Origin: Bacilli bacterium
GTDB lineage: Bacteria > Bacillota_I > Bacilli_A > RF39 > UBA660
Direction of reading: 5' to 3'
Assembly: GCA_017513865.1 (NCBI GenBank)
Contig: JAFWMN010000006.1
Coordinates: forward strand, 107,064-171,063
DNA length: 64,000 nucleotides
Position 1 is the first letter of the stretch. Each line of letters opens with the position of its first letter. The notes below the pieces were generated by a model. That model made no database searches. It was not told the origin of the DNA and worked only from the letters and a program-made list of their open reading frames with translations. This document shows positions 39,539 through 49,548 of the stretch, piece by piece. The position numbers and the translations under genes are program-made.

Positions 39539-39922
39539 ATGGCTTATAAAGCAAGAAAACGTAAAGTTAAAAAGAATGTCCCAGAGGGTAAAGCTTTTGT
39601 TCATTCAACCTTTAATAATACTATCGTAACTCTTACTGATAAAGACGGTAATGCGATTAGTTGGGCCTCTGCTGGTACACTTGGATTTAAAGGTAGTAAA
39701 AAATCTACGCCATTTGCTGCTGGTATGGCTGCTGAAGCTGCAGGAAAAGCAGCTGCAGAAATGGGAATGAAAAAAGTAGAAGTATATGCTAAAGGTTTAG
39801 GATCTGGACGTGAAACAGCTATTAGATCACTTCAAACTGCTGGTTTAGAGATTACATCTATTTCTGATGTAACACCTATTCCACACAATGGTTGTCGTCC
39901 ACCTAAAAGACCTCGTGGATAA
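39539..39922 (+). CDS. rpsK: 30S ribosomal protein S11.
   Basis: '[28 protein letters not shown]' is present. Confidence 0.95.
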   Translation: MAYKARKRKVKKNVPEGKAFVHSTFNNTIVTLTDKDGNAISWASAGTLGFKGSKKSTPFAAGMAAEAAGKAAAEMGMKKVEVYAKGLGSGRETAIRSLQTAGLEITSISDVTPIPHNGCRPPKRPRG

Positions 39923-39936
39923 GAAAGGAGCTCTTT

Positions 39937-40884
39937 ATGAACTTTGAAAAACCAGATTATAAAATAACAGAATATGTTGAAAATAATTTTTATGGAAAAT
40001 TTGAATTAGAACCTTTAGAAAGAGGATTTGGTCTTACTTTGTCAAATGCTCTTAGAAGAGTAATGCTATCTTCAATGCCTGGTTCAGCAATAGTTGCTGT
40101 TAAAATAGATGGGGTTATGCATGAATTCCAAACTATTGAAGGAGTTATTGAAGATGTAACTGCTATTATTCTTAATTTAAAAGGTGTCGTTATTAGAAAT
40201 CATTCTGATGAAGTTAAAACTGCTCGTTTATCAGTTAAAGGTGAGAGAGAAGTTACAGCCGCTGATATAGTATGTGATGCGGATATTGAAATTATTAATA
40301 AAGATCATGTTATCGCAACACTTGCTAAGGGTGGTAAAATCGATATGGAATTTATTATTGCTAACGGTAGAGGCTCTGCTCTTTCTTCAGAAAACAAAAA
40401 GTATATTGAAGATGCTAGCTTAGGATATATTCCTGTTGATGCTAATTATTCACCAATTGAACTTGTGGTTCCTTATGTTGAAAAAACTCGTGTTGGACAA
40501 GATGCTTCATATGATAAATTAATTATGGAGGTTCAAACAAATGGATCTATTAGACCTGAAGAAGCAATGGCTTTAGGGGCAAAGATCCTTATTGAGCACT
40601 TGAACATAATAACTAATTTATCAGAAATAGCTGATGCTACAGGTATTATGAATGCTAAACAAGAGGACAGCAAGCTTAAGAAATTAGAAACTTCAATTGA
40701 TGATTTAGATTTCTCAGTAAGAGCTTATAACTGTTTAAAAAGAGCAAACATCAATACCCTTGGTGATTTAACACAAAAGTCAGAACTTGAAATGATGAAA
40801 ATACGTAATTTAGGGAAAAAATCTTTAAAAGAAGTTATTGACAAAATTAAAGATTTAGGTCTTAAATTCCGTGATGAAGATTAA
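39937..40884 (+). CDS. rpoA: DNA-directed RNA polymerase alpha subunit.
   Basis: The N-terminal dimerisation domain carries 'GFGLTLSNALRRVMLSSMPG'. The C-terminal domain carries 'SVRAYNCLKRANINTLGDL'. Confidence 0.95.
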   Translation: MNFEKPDYKITEYVENNFYGKFELEPLERGFGLTLSNALRRVMLSSMPGSAIVAVKIDGVMHEFQTIEGVIEDVTAIILNLKGVVIRNHSDEVKTARLSVKGEREVTAADIVCDADIEIINKDHVIATLAKGGKIDMEFIIANGRGSALSSENKKYIEDASLGYIPVDANYSPIELVVPYVEKTRVGQDASYDKLIMEVQTNGSIRPEEAMALGAKILIEHLNIITNLSEIADATGIMNAKQEDSKLKKLETSIDDLDFSVRAYNCLKRANINTLGDLTQKSELEMMKIRNLGKKSLKEVIDKIKDLGLKFRDED

Positions 40885-40902
40885 TAGTTAGGAGGAATAA
40901 TA

Positions 40903-41259
40903 ATGGCTTATAGAAAATTAGGTCGTGACAATAAACATAGAAGAGCAATGCTTGCCAATCTAACTAAAGATGTCATAAATAATGAAAGTATTAAAACTAC
41001 TGAAACTAGAGCTAAAGAAGTACGTAAGTTTGTCGACAAGATGATTACTTATGGAAAAGATGGTTCAGTAGGTGCTAGAAGAAGAGCTTTAGCTTTCTTA
41101 CATAATGATAAGAAAACAGTTGATAAAATATTTAATGATTTAGCTGTTCGTTATGCCAAAAGAGAAGGCGGTTATACTAGAATTTTAAAACTAGATGAAC
41201 GTAGGGGCGATGATGCTTTAGTTGTTATTTTAGAATTAGTAGAAGGAGATGCTAAATAA
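40903..41259 (+). CDS. rplQ: 50S ribosomal protein L17.
   Basis: '[20 protein letters not shown]' is present. Confidence 0.95.
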   Translation: MAYRKLGRDNKHRRAMLANLTKDVINNESIKTTETRAKEVRKFVDKMITYGKDGSVGARRRALAFLHNDKKTVDKIFNDLAVRYAKREGGYTRILKLDERRGDDALVVILELVEGDAK

Positions 41260-41271
41260 GCATCTTTTTTT
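41248..41271 (+). terminator. Rho-independent terminator of the alpha operon.
   Basis: GATGCT-aaataa-GCATC plus T7; the rplQ stop lies in the loop. Confidence 0.6.
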
Positions 41272-41301
41272 GTTTTAAAACGTTTCTGCTATCAAGACAC
41301 A

Positions 41302-41330
41302 TTGTTTTTTGCTTTGGAATGTGCTATAAT
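41302..41330 (+). promoter_or_regulatory. Sigma-A promoter (TTGTTT, 17-nt spacer, TGcTATAAT) for the 41366 gene.
   Basis: Read directly from the sequence. Confidence 0.5.
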
Positions 41331-41365
41331 TTAGATGATAATAATGATAATTACGAGGTGTTTAT

Positions 41366-42514
41366 GTGAGAAGACTTAAACGAAATAGATTTAAAAATCA
41401 AAAAAATATATTAATAATTGCTGTATTAGGTCTTTTTTCTGTATTTACGGTTGGCTATGCAGCTTTTCAAACTAATATTAGTCTAACGGCTAAAGGTAAT
41501 GTATCACCAACCGCAACGTATACAGTAGATGATTTAAAAGAGCTTGTTACAGTTACTGGTGATGGACTATATACGGATTCTGATGAGCAAGGTAGATATG
41601 TTTATAAAGGAGCAAGTCCTAATAATTATTTATCTTTAAATGGAGAAACATGGAGGATAATGAGTATTGAATCAGATGATACTTTAAAAATAATAAGAGA
41701 AAATTCAGTTGGAAACGTTCTTTTTGATCCAGGAAGAGCTTCTGTAATATCCGGCATAACGGCAAGTAATTCAGACGTGGGAACAAGGTATTCATCTTCT
41801 TCCTCTGATTATTGTTATGCTTCCTCATTTAACTTGGGATGTAATGTATGGGGCAGTAAAGACACAATGGCAGATTCTGGTGGGTCATTATTGCGTAATA
41901 CTCAAGGTGGTGCCAAGATTAAAAGGAGTGTAACTGATACAGTTACATATAATCTTCCGGATGATGAAGCTTATGTAAATGTTTACTTAAATGGTGGAAC
42001 TTATGCTGGTGTTACAGTCCCTGGATGGTATAGCACTTGGTCTAATAGTTTGAGTAATGTTGTTAAAAGTTATATATCAATTCATCTACACAATGTTGGT
42101 TTGGTTTCAAATACGAGTGGGCAACTTACAGCCACAGATATAGTTCAAGAACATACTTATACTTGGTGGGGAATTGTAGGTCTTATGAATGCTTCTGATT
42201 ATGTAAGGGCCAGTTCTAATTCCGCTTGTACTGGTGTTTATGCTTATGCAAATAATTCATCATGTTATAATAATAGTTCTTCACATAACTATTTAATGAA
42301 ATCGACAACCCAGTGGACAATAGCGCCCCTTTCTGGAGCTATACATCGTCCATGGGCAACTAATTCATCAAATCTAAGTTTTTTCAATGCTTCCAACGCA
42401 TATAGTGTTCGTCCGGTTCTTTATTTGTATGAGGGTGTTTTATTAAAAGGTGAGGGAACAATTTCAAAAATGTATCAAATTGCTAATACGGAAGTTTTTA
42501 TGCCAATTGCTTAA
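41366..42514 (+). CDS. Secreted Ser/Asn/Thr-rich protein with a SipW-cognate-type signal peptide (…FTVGYAAFQTNISLTAKG…).
   Basis: Its N-terminal motif is nearly identical to that of the 2605 protein. The C-terminal 'TQWTIAP…AYSVRPVLYL' is reminiscent of DUF1566/Lcl-like domains, though that is recall only. Confidence 0.6.
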   Translation: MRRLKRNRFKNQKNILIIAVLGLFSVFTVGYAAFQTNISLTAKGNVSPTATYTVDDLKELVTVTGDGLYTDSDEQGRYVYKGASPNNYLSLNGETWRIMSIESDDTLKIIRENSVGNVLFDPGRASVISGITASNSDVGTRYSSSSSDYCYASSFNLGCNVWGSKDTMADSGGSLLRNTQGGAKIKRSVTDTVTYNLPDDEAYVNVYLNGGTYAGVTVPGWYSTWSNSLSNVVKSYISIHLHNVGLVSNTSGQLTATDIVQEHTYTWWGIVGLMNASDYVRASSNSACTGVYAYANNSSCYNNSSSHNYLMKSTTQWTIAPLSGAIHRPWATNSSNLSFFNASNAYSVRPVLYLYEGVLLKGEGTISKMYQIANTEVFMPIA

Positions 42515-42538
42515 AAGATGTTTTATACATCTTTTTTC
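42515..42538 (+). terminator. Rho-independent terminator.
   Basis: AAGATGT-tttata-ACATCTT plus T6. Confidence 0.6.
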
Positions 42539-42599
42539 TTTATTCAATTTACTTTTATTAATACATAATATATAATAGTTAATGGGGTAAGGTGATTTT

Positions 42600-43352
42600 A
42601 TGAAAGCTTTAATAACAGGTGCGAGTAGTGGACTTGGAGCAGATATGGCTAGAGTATTAGTCGAAGAAGGCTATGAAGTAATACTAGTTGCTAGAAGAAA
42701 AGGGAAATTGGAAAAGTTAGCTAAAGAACTTGGCGACAATGCTAAAATAATTGTTAAAGATATTTCTAGTACTTATAACTGTGTGGAACTTTATAATGAA
42801 GTTAAGAATGAAGATATCGATATTTTAATTAATAATGCTGGTTTTGGATTATGCGGATTTTTTAATGAAACTAATTTAGATAAGGAACTAGATATGATTG
42901 ATTTAAATATTAAATCACTTCATACTTTAACCAAATTATTTTTAAAAGATTTTGTAAAAAAGGATCAAGGCTATATTTTAAATGTAGGTAGTAGTGCAGG
43001 GTTTATGCCTGGACCTTTAATGACTACTTATTATTCTACTAAAAACTATGTTGTTAGCTTTACATCAGCTTTATATGAGGAACTTAGAAGACTTGGTAGT
43101 AATGTGTCTATTAGCTGTCTATGCCCTGGACCAGTTGATACTGAATTTAATAAAGTAGCTAGAGTTAAATTTGCAGTTAAGGCTATGGAAAGTAATAAAG
43201 TCGCAAGATATGCCATTAAAAAAATGTTTGATGAAAAATTAATAATAGTTCCTGGTTTTGGAATGAAAGCGGCTTTGTTTTTTAGTAAGTTTATGTCTAG
43301 AAAAAGTTTACTTAAAATGACTTATAAGATTCAAGAAAAGAAGACAAAATAA
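42600..43352 (+). CDS. Short-chain dehydrogenase/reductase (SDR) family oxidoreductase.
   Basis: It has the 'ITGASSGLG' cofactor motif, 'NNAG' and a catalytic YxxxK (YSTKNYV → Y…K). Confidence 0.85.
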   Translation: MKALITGASSGLGADMARVLVEEGYEVILVARRKGKLEKLAKELGDNAKIIVKDISSTYNCVELYNEVKNEDIDILINNAGFGLCGFFNETNLDKELDMIDLNIKSLHTLTKLFLKDFVKKDQGYILNVGSSAGFMPGPLMTTYYSTKNYVVSFTSALYEELRRLGSNVSISCLCPGPVDTEFNKVARVKFAVKAMESNKVARYAIKKMFDEKLIIVPGFGMKAALFFSKFMSRKSLLKMTYKIQEKKTK

Positions 43353-43373
43353 ATATAATATTTTGAGGTGTTT

Positions 43374-44540
43374 ATGAAAAAGATATTAGATTATGAAGAG
43401 ATGAATGATTTACTTTTATCTTTAGATAAAAGTATAATAGAAAAATGTGAGCCTATTGGATATAGTAATTTTGGTTATCCAATTGATCATTATAAATATG
43501 GTCATGGGGATAATCACGTTATTATTACAGCAGGTACTCATGGGGCAGAATTAATAACGAATGTTTTTGTTGTTAGATTTATGGAAATGCTTTCTAAAAA
43601 GGAAATTAATATTGATTCTGATCTTTATACAATCCACTTTGTTCCTTTTGTAAATCCTGAAGGAACAAAGATTGTAACGACAGCTATACGAAGTTTAATT
43701 CCAAGAGATATCAGTGAAGATCAAGAACAAACATACTGTTTAGCTTATTATAGAAATGCTTATATTGAAGGGGAGTATTCTAAACAAGGAGATAAAGATA
43801 TTAAACTGCACCAATGGATGTTCAGACATGCTACGCCTGATTTAATAGGTGGTGAACTAGGTAAAAGTGTTTTTAATATAATTAACAAATATAACTTACC
43901 TAAAGGCGTGATGATAAACTGGTCTAGCAATGGTAGAGGAGTAGATTTAAATAGTAATATTGAACTTGGTGAATTTGTAGATCAGGTTTCTAATGGTGAA
44001 GTAATATATGACACTTTGCATATGAATACCTTAAGACGTGATTTGCCTGGTCCAAAAGGAAGGCCATTTTATGAAGTGAAAGGCGATATTGAACCAGAAA
44101 ATGAGGCGTTATTTAAGTTTTATAATGAAATTAATGATAATCATAATTTAATAGGTTCTTTTATTTATCATAGCTGCGGTAATTTAGTTTATTATTTGGG
44201 TGATGAAAACAAGAAAAATCCATGGAATGAAAATTATGGTAAAAAAGAAATTGAAAATACTTTATATGTGGCTTCAAAATATGCGGAAATTACTAATTAT
44301 AAATTAGACGGAACAGAACCTTATACAACAATGGATACAAAATTAAAAACATTTTTCCCAGTTACTTTGCTTGTTGAACTTGGAGGTGTAAGGGCAACTC
44401 CACTGTCACAATTTATGGATTTAGATATACCTGGAAGTGGTGATGGTTTTAAAAATATTTATTCCAAGGTAATTAACGATAATGCCAAAGCCATTATTGA
44501 AACAATTCCTTATATGTTAGAAATTAATAAAACATCTTAA
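43374..44540 (+). CDS. M14-family zinc carboxypeptidase (gamma-D-glutamyl-diamino acid peptidase-like).
   Basis: 'TAGTHGAELIT' (HxxE zinc ligands) and 'FVPFVNPEG' are present. There is no signal peptide. Confidence 0.7.
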   Translation: MKKILDYEEMNDLLLSLDKSIIEKCEPIGYSNFGYPIDHYKYGHGDNHVIITAGTHGAELITNVFVVRFMEMLSKKEINIDSDLYTIHFVPFVNPEGTKIVTTAIRSLIPRDISEDQEQTYCLAYYRNAYIEGEYSKQGDKDIKLHQWMFRHATPDLIGGELGKSVFNIINKYNLPKGVMINWSSNGRGVDLNSNIELGEFVDQVSNGEVIYDTLHMNTLRRDLPGPKGRPFYEVKGDIEPENEALFKFYNEINDNHNLIGSFIYHSCGNLVYYLGDENKKNPWNENYGKKEIENTLYVASKYAEITNYKLDGTEPYTTMDTKLKTFFPVTLLVELGGVRATPLSQFMDLDIPGSGDGFKNIYSKVINDNAKAIIETIPYMLEINKTS

Positions 44541-44606
44541 ATAAGGTGTTTTTTTCTTGTAAAAAACTAATAATTTTATTATAATAATAAATCAAGGTGT
44601 GATTAT

Positions 44607-45383
44607 ATGAATGCAGTTGATATTGAAAATTTAAATTTTAGTTATAATGATACTTTAGTGTTTAATGATTTAAGCTTAAGTATTGATGAAAAATCTATCA
44701 CTACTATTTTAGGCAAAGGTTCCATTGGCAAAAGTACTTTATTTAAAATATTATGTGGTGATTTAAAATATGATGGCAATATTTTAGTTTTAAATAAATC
44801 TATTAAATACAATTTAGAAAAAGGATATTTGGGATTCATATCGACTGATTCATATAGTTTTAAAAAAAGAATAGTTAAAGACGAAATCTTATATTGTTTA
44901 GAAAATAAAGGTATAGCTTTTTCAAAGATTGATGCTGAATTAAAAAGAATTTCTAAAAAGGTTTGTCTTCAAAATATATTAGATTTTAAAATAAGTGATT
45001 TAAATGTTAAAGAAAAAAATTTATTAATGGTGGCTATTCAAATTATTAATAAGCCGAAAATCATAATAATAGATAATGTTTTTGATTATTTAGATAATGA
45101 AAAGAAAACTATTTGGAAAGAACTTATAAGATTAAATAGAAAAGGAACTACAATAGTAAATATAACAAATAACCCCGAGGAATGTCTGTTTGGTAAAGAT
45201 ATTATTATTTTGAATGATTCAGTTTTATATTTTAAGACTAAAGATATTTTAGAAGAAGATTTTTTAAATAATGATTTAGATGTTCCTTTTATAATTTCTT
45301 TATCTAACAAATTAAAATTTTATAATTTACTTGATAAGAATTATTTGGATATAGATAAGTTGGTCGATGTTTTATGGCAATAG
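44607..45383 (+). CDS. ECF/ABC-type ATPase subunit with degenerate catalytic motifs (likely a non-catalytic partner).
   Basis: Walker A is LGKGSIGKST. The signature is replaced by ISDLNVKEKN, Walker B reads IIIIDNVFDYLD (no Glu), and the H-loop His is replaced (ITNNPEE). Confidence 0.65.
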   Translation: MNAVDIENLNFSYNDTLVFNDLSLSIDEKSITTILGKGSIGKSTLFKILCGDLKYDGNILVLNKSIKYNLEKGYLGFISTDSYSFKKRIVKDEILYCLENKGIAFSKIDAELKRISKKVCLQNILDFKISDLNVKEKNLLMVAIQIINKPKIIIIDNVFDYLDNEKKTIWKELIRLNRKGTTIVNITNNPEECLFGKDIIILNDSVLYFKTKDILEEDFLNNDLDVPFIISLSNKLKFYNLLDKNYLDIDKLVDVLWQ

Positions 45384-46153
45384 TATTTGACGATGTTACA
45401 TATTATGATGAAATATATGATGCTTCTTTTAATATAGAAAGTGGTAAAATAACCGGTATTGTTGGTAGTAGTAATTCTGGCAAAAGTACAATAGTTGATT
45501 TAATAAGTGGTTTAATATATCCTGAGGATGATTCAATAATATATGATGATGTGAGGACAGATAATATTGGGGTATTATTTCAAGATATTAATGATCAATT
45601 TTTCTACGATAGTATTATTAAAGATTTTTACTTAATTTTAAAAAGACATCATATAAAAAATGCAGAGAAGAAAATGGTTGATTCTTTAAAAATGGTAGGG
45701 TTAGACAGTTCTTATTTATATCTTTCACCATTTGAACTCAGTCATAGTGAGCAAAAGAAGGTTTCTTTAGCCTTAATTCTTTCTTTTAATCCTAAAGTTA
45801 TTGTTTTGGATGAACCATTTTTAGGGCTTGATTATAAAGACAAGATGTGTTTTATAAATCTTATAAGAATGATGAAAATAAGATATGGTAAAACTATTGT
45901 TGTTGCTAGCAGGGATACAAATATTATTCATAGTTTTGCGGATAGTGTTATTTTATTAAATGAAGGTAGAGTTATAAAAACAGGCGACAAATATGAAGTT
46001 TTATCTGACAATAAGCTTTTAAATAAGTGTAATTTGTCGGTTCCTGATATTATAGGTTTTTCTAATTTGGTTCGAGATAAAAAGGGAATCAATATTGGAT
46101 ATCGTGATGATATAAATGATTTAGCTAAAGATATATATCGAAATTTAAGGTAA
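45374..46153 (+). CDS. ECF/ABC-type ATPase subunit (EcfA-like) with a variant signature.
   Basis: Walker A is GSSNSGKST, the Q-loop is LFQD, the signature is LSHSEQKKV, Walker B is VIVLDEPFLGLD, and the H-loop reads ASRDTN. It sits in the rplQ-ecfA-ecfA'-(ecfT)-truA position. Confidence 0.7.
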   Translation: MAIVFDDVTYYDEIYDASFNIESGKITGIVGSSNSGKSTIVDLISGLIYPEDDSIIYDDVRTDNIGVLFQDINDQFFYDSIIKDFYLILKRHHIKNAEKKMVDSLKMVGLDSSYLYLSPFELSHSEQKKVSLALILSFNPKVIVLDEPFLGLDYKDKMCFINLIRMMKIRYGKTIVVASRDTNIIHSFADSVILLNEGRVIKTGDKYEVLSDNKLLNKCNLSVPDIIGFSNLVRDKKGINIGYRDDINDLAKDIYRNLR

Positions 46154-46189
46154 TTTGTGTTACAATATAGCTAATGGAAGGAGAATATT

Positions 46190-46933
46190 ATGAGATATTT
46201 AATGACATTTTCTTATGATGGATCTAGATATAAAGGTTATCAAAAACAACCTGAAGAAAAAACGATTCAAGGAGAAATAGAAAAAGCTTTGGAAACTATA
46301 AATAGTAATGTGCCCGTTACTATTTATGCCTCTGGAAGAACGGATGCGGGAGTTCATGCTTATAATCAAAAAGCACATTTTGATTTAGAAAATAAGCAAC
46401 TTACTCCAGATAAAATAAAAGATTCATTAAATAGTTTGCTTCCAAAAGATATTTATATTAAAAATATAGAAATTGTCTCTGATGAGTTTCACGCCAGATA
46501 CAATGTTAAAGCTAAGGAATATATTTATGTAATAAATATGGGTGAGTATAATCCAATTGAAAAAGACTATGTTTTTCAGTATAATAAGCAATTAGATGTT
46601 GTTGAGATGGAAAGAGCTTTAAAGTATTTAGAAGGCACACATGATTTTAAATCATTCGCAAAAGCTGATGATGAAAGAGAGGATTATACAAGGACAATAG
46701 TTCAAACTCATTTGCTTAGAGATTTAAAAAATGTAAATAAATTAACAATTAGCTTTTTAGGAACTGGTTTTTTGCGTCATCAAATAAGAAATATGATGGG
46801 AATTTTACTTGAAATTGGTGAAGGCAAAAGAAAAAGTGAAGAAATCATTGAAATATTAGCGGCTAGAGATAGAACTAAGGCTGGAATAGCTGCCAATCCT
46901 GAAGGATTATATCTTAAAGATGTTTTATATTAA
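46190..46933 (+). CDS. truA: tRNA pseudouridine(38-40) synthase.
   Basis: 'RYLMTFSYDGSRYKGYQKQP…ASGRTDAGVHAYNQKAHFD' is present. Confidence 0.93.
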   Translation: MRYLMTFSYDGSRYKGYQKQPEEKTIQGEIEKALETINSNVPVTIYASGRTDAGVHAYNQKAHFDLENKQLTPDKIKDSLNSLLPKDIYIKNIEIVSDEFHARYNVKAKEYIYVINMGEYNPIEKDYVFQYNKQLDVVEMERALKYLEGTHDFKSFAKADDEREDYTRTIVQTHLLRDLKNVNKLTISFLGTGFLRHQIRNMMGILLEIGEGKRKSEEIIEILAARDRTKAGIAANPEGLYLKDVLY

Positions 46934-46958
46934 AGTACATGTATTGTACTTTTTTATT
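46932..46958 (+). terminator. Rho-independent terminator after truA.
   Basis: AAGTACA-tgtat-TGTACTT plus T5. Confidence 0.55.
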
Positions 46959-47003
46959 TTTGTAAATATTAGTGATAAAAATGCATAAAATTTATTATAT
47001 TTG

Positions 47004-47111
47004 TTGACTTTTTAAGGGGTTTTTAATATAATTAATACTGGTACATTTATTTATCCCACATGAGTGAGCCCCTGGGAAGGCTTACTAATGTAAAGGAGAA
47101 AGGAAAAAATT
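47004..47111 (+). promoter_or_regulatory. Perfect-consensus sigma-A promoter (TTGACT, 17-nt spacer, TATAAT) plus an ~80-nt leader preceding rplM. It is a candidate L13 ribosomal-protein leader.
   Basis: The promoter is read directly from the sequence. The leader contains GAGCCCCTGGGAAGGCTTAC-type paired segments. Its position matches the Rfam L13_leader context in Firmicutes, but it was not covariance-tested. Confidence 0.45.
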
Positions 47112-47543
47112 ATGAAAACATACATGCAAAGGAAAGAAGACGTCCAAAGAAATTGGTATGTTGTTGACGCTGAAGGACAAACTTTAGGTCGTCTAGCAAC
47201 AAAAGTAGCTAATGTTTTAAGAGGAAAACATAAACCTACTTATACACCACATGTCGATGGCGGAGATTTTGTTATTGTTATTAATGCTAGCAAAGTAGTT
47301 TTAACTGGAAACAAATTAAATGATAAAATTTATTACAACCATAGTAGATATACTGGTGGTCTTAGAGAAAGAACTGCCAAAGAAATGGTTGAAAATTATC
47401 CGGTTGAAATGATTGAAAGAGCAGTTAAAGGAATGCTTCCAAAAGGAAGACTTGGAAGACAAATGTATAAAAAGTTATTTGTATATGCAGAAGGGAATCA
47501 TCCACATAGTGCACAAAAACCAAGTGCATTAGAGGTTAAATAG
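47112..47543 (+). CDS. rplM: 50S ribosomal protein L13.
   Basis: '[45 protein letters not shown]' is present. Confidence 0.95.
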   Translation: MKTYMQRKEDVQRNWYVVDAEGQTLGRLATKVANVLRGKHKPTYTPHVDGGDFVIVINASKVVLTGNKLNDKIYYNHSRYTGGLRERTAKEMVENYPVEMIERAVKGMLPKGRLGRQMYKKLFVYAEGNHPHSAQKPSALEVK

Positions 47544-47552
47544 GAGGTTTAA

Positions 47553-47972
47553 ATGGCAGAAGTTAGAAAATTTTATGGAACTGGTAGAAGAAAAGCTTCT
47601 ATCGCTAAAGTTACATTAGTTGCTCCAGGAACTGGAAAAATTACTGTTAATGGTAGAGATGTTAGAGAATTTATGCCATATGAAACTAATGTTATGGATT
47701 TAATGCAACCTTTAGTTGCGACAAATAACGAAAAAACATTTGATGTAGAAGTTAAGGTTAATGGTGGAGGATTTACTGGCCAAACCGGTGCTATTCGTTT
47801 AGGAATAACTAGAGCTTTACTTGAATATGATAAAGATAACGAAGCAAAGGAAGACAGTTATCGTAAAACTTTAAAAAGAGCTGGTTTTGTTACTCGTGAT
47901 CCTAGAGTTAAGGAAAGAAAGAAACCTGGACTTAAAGGTGCACGTAGAGCTCCACAATTTAGTAAGAGATAA
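47553..47972 (+). CDS. rpsI: 30S ribosomal protein S9.
   Basis: '[13 protein letters not shown]…[19 protein letters not shown]…[25 protein letters not shown]' is present. Confidence 0.95.
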   Translation: MAEVRKFYGTGRRKASIAKVTLVAPGTGKITVNGRDVREFMPYETNVMDLMQPLVATNNEKTFDVEVKVNGGGFTGQTGAIRLGITRALLEYDKDNEAKEDSYRKTLKRAGFVTRDPRVKERKKPGLKGARRAPQFSKR

Positions 47973-47977
47973 TTTTG

Positions 47978-48003
47978 AAAAGTCCGTATTTACGGGCTTT
48001 TTT
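47978..48003 (+). terminator. Rho-independent terminator after rpsI.
   Basis: AAAGTCCGT-attt-ACGGGCTTT (one G·U pair) plus T6. Confidence 0.6.
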
Positions 48004-48155
48004 CAATGTTTAATTATAAAAAATAGTATTTTTTATGGGATGCAGGCTACAAGTATATTACAAGGTTTTAAAAACTTTTATTTATGTTGGTAATATAAAT
48101 CAGAGAAACAGATTAAGATTAGTGTGGTATAATTATAATTGAAAGGAGCATAGAT

Positions 48156-48404
48156 ATGTATAAGGATTTTATTGGTGAAAAAGTTATAATTGTTGTTTCT
48201 TCAAGAGGGGATAATTTGCTAGAGTATATTGGTACTTTATCATCTGAAAATGGTGATTTGATAGAATTAATTAATGTAGATATTTCATATTTAATGCTTA
48301 ATTTTCAAAAAGGAATTTTTGGAGATAATATTACCAGATATAAACAAGGTTTAAATAAAGTAATTATAAATAAGAGATATATTATTTCTTGCAATAAACA
48401 ATGA
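48156..48404 (+). CDS. Hypothetical small protein (82 aa).
   Basis: An AAAGGAGCA RBS is present, with an upstream TGtggTATAAT -10 element. No domain was recognised. Confidence 0.4.
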   Translation: MYKDFIGEKVIIVVSSRGDNLLEYIGTLSSENGDLIELINVDISYLMLNFQKGIFGDNITRYKQGLNKVIINKRYIISCNKQ

Positions 48405-48478
48405 AAAATGGTATCTTGAAGAACATGATAAGCTGTTATTGATGAGGTCATATGCTATAATTATATAAGGGTGATGAT

Positions 48479-49102
48479 ATGAATGATTACTTTGGTCATG
48501 ATGAATATTGGAAAGAACATATGAATGAAAGTTTAGAAGCAGACATGTGGATTGATGAATATAAAAGTTATTTTAATACTGGCGGATTATGTTTAGATTT
48601 AGGTTGCGGTATGGGTCAATTTACAAAAAGGCTTATGGAATACGGATATGAAGTTATCCCGTTAGATATTTCTGAAATAGCTCTTAATAAAGTGCAAGAG
48701 TTTAACAGTAATATTTTAAAAGCTGATATGCGACATTCTTTACCTTTTCATGATGAGACGTTTGATTTAGTGTTTGCTAATTTATCTATTCATTATTTTT
48801 CAGATGATGATACAAAAAAGCTTATTAATGAGGTTAAAAGAATTTTAAAAAATGGTGGATTATTTATTGGTAGTGTTAATGGTATAAAAAATTTTCAAAG
48901 TATTAAAGATACTGCAGAAGTGCTTGATTATCATTTTTATTTAAATAGAGTAAAACACATTAGATTATTTGATGTAGATGATTTAAAGAAATATTTAAAT
49001 ATATTTAAAGTGTTAAAAATAGATGAAAGAGAAATAACAAGGTTTGAAAAAAACAATAGTTGTTTATTGTTTTTTACGAAAAAGCAGGATTTTAATTATT
49101 GA
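48479..49102 (+). CDS. Class I SAM-dependent methyltransferase (YbaJ-like).
   Basis: Motif I is 'LDLGCGMGQF'. It sits in the rpsI-ybaJ-ybaK-cwlD position seen in Bacillus. Confidence 0.75.
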   Translation: MNDYFGHDEYWKEHMNESLEADMWIDEYKSYFNTGGLCLDLGCGMGQFTKRLMEYGYEVIPLDISEIALNKVQEFNSNILKADMRHSLPFHDETFDLVFANLSIHYFSDDDTKKLINEVKRILKNGGLFIGSVNGIKNFQSIKDTAEVLDYHFYLNRVKHIRLFDVDDLKKYLNIFKVLKIDEREITRFEKNNSCLLFFTKKQDFNY

Positions 49103-49167
49103 TTATAAAATGATTTTTTTGTGGAGGCACACAAATTTTATATTTCATGATATAATTAAGGTGTAGG

Positions 49168-49540
49168 ATGATAGATATGGTAAAAAAGCTATTTGGGGAA
49201 ATTAATTTAACATGGAAGAAGTTGATTATATTTTCTGTTGTGATTGGAGTATATACCGGTATAGTGGCAATGCTTCCTATAACAAAAGATACTTCTTTTG
49301 CTGATATATCTATTTCTTTTGAGTGGTGGAGAATCTTGAATAGTTTTTGATGATACTTATAAAGTTTCTTTGAAAGATGAGAAATATGGGAAATTATATA
49401 TTGTTTATGAAAAAAATATTGAAGATTATATGATAAATGCTGAATTTAAGAAAACTGGAATCTTGAATCACCAAGTGGTGAGAAAACGGAATTTGATTTA
49501 AAAATTGAAAGAAGTTCATATGATGTTAGGAAAAAATAAT
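49168..49540 (+). pseudogene. Frameshifted small membrane-anchored protein, broken at homopolymer runs into three reading-frame pieces.
   Basis: The ORF 49168-49350 (TM helix) stops after a T5 run. The +1 frame then continues 'DDTYKVSLKDEKYGKLYIVYEKN…' and a further shift continues '…ESPSGEKTEFDLKIERSSYDVRKK'. Confidence 0.35.
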
Positions 49541-49548
49541 TTAGAAAG

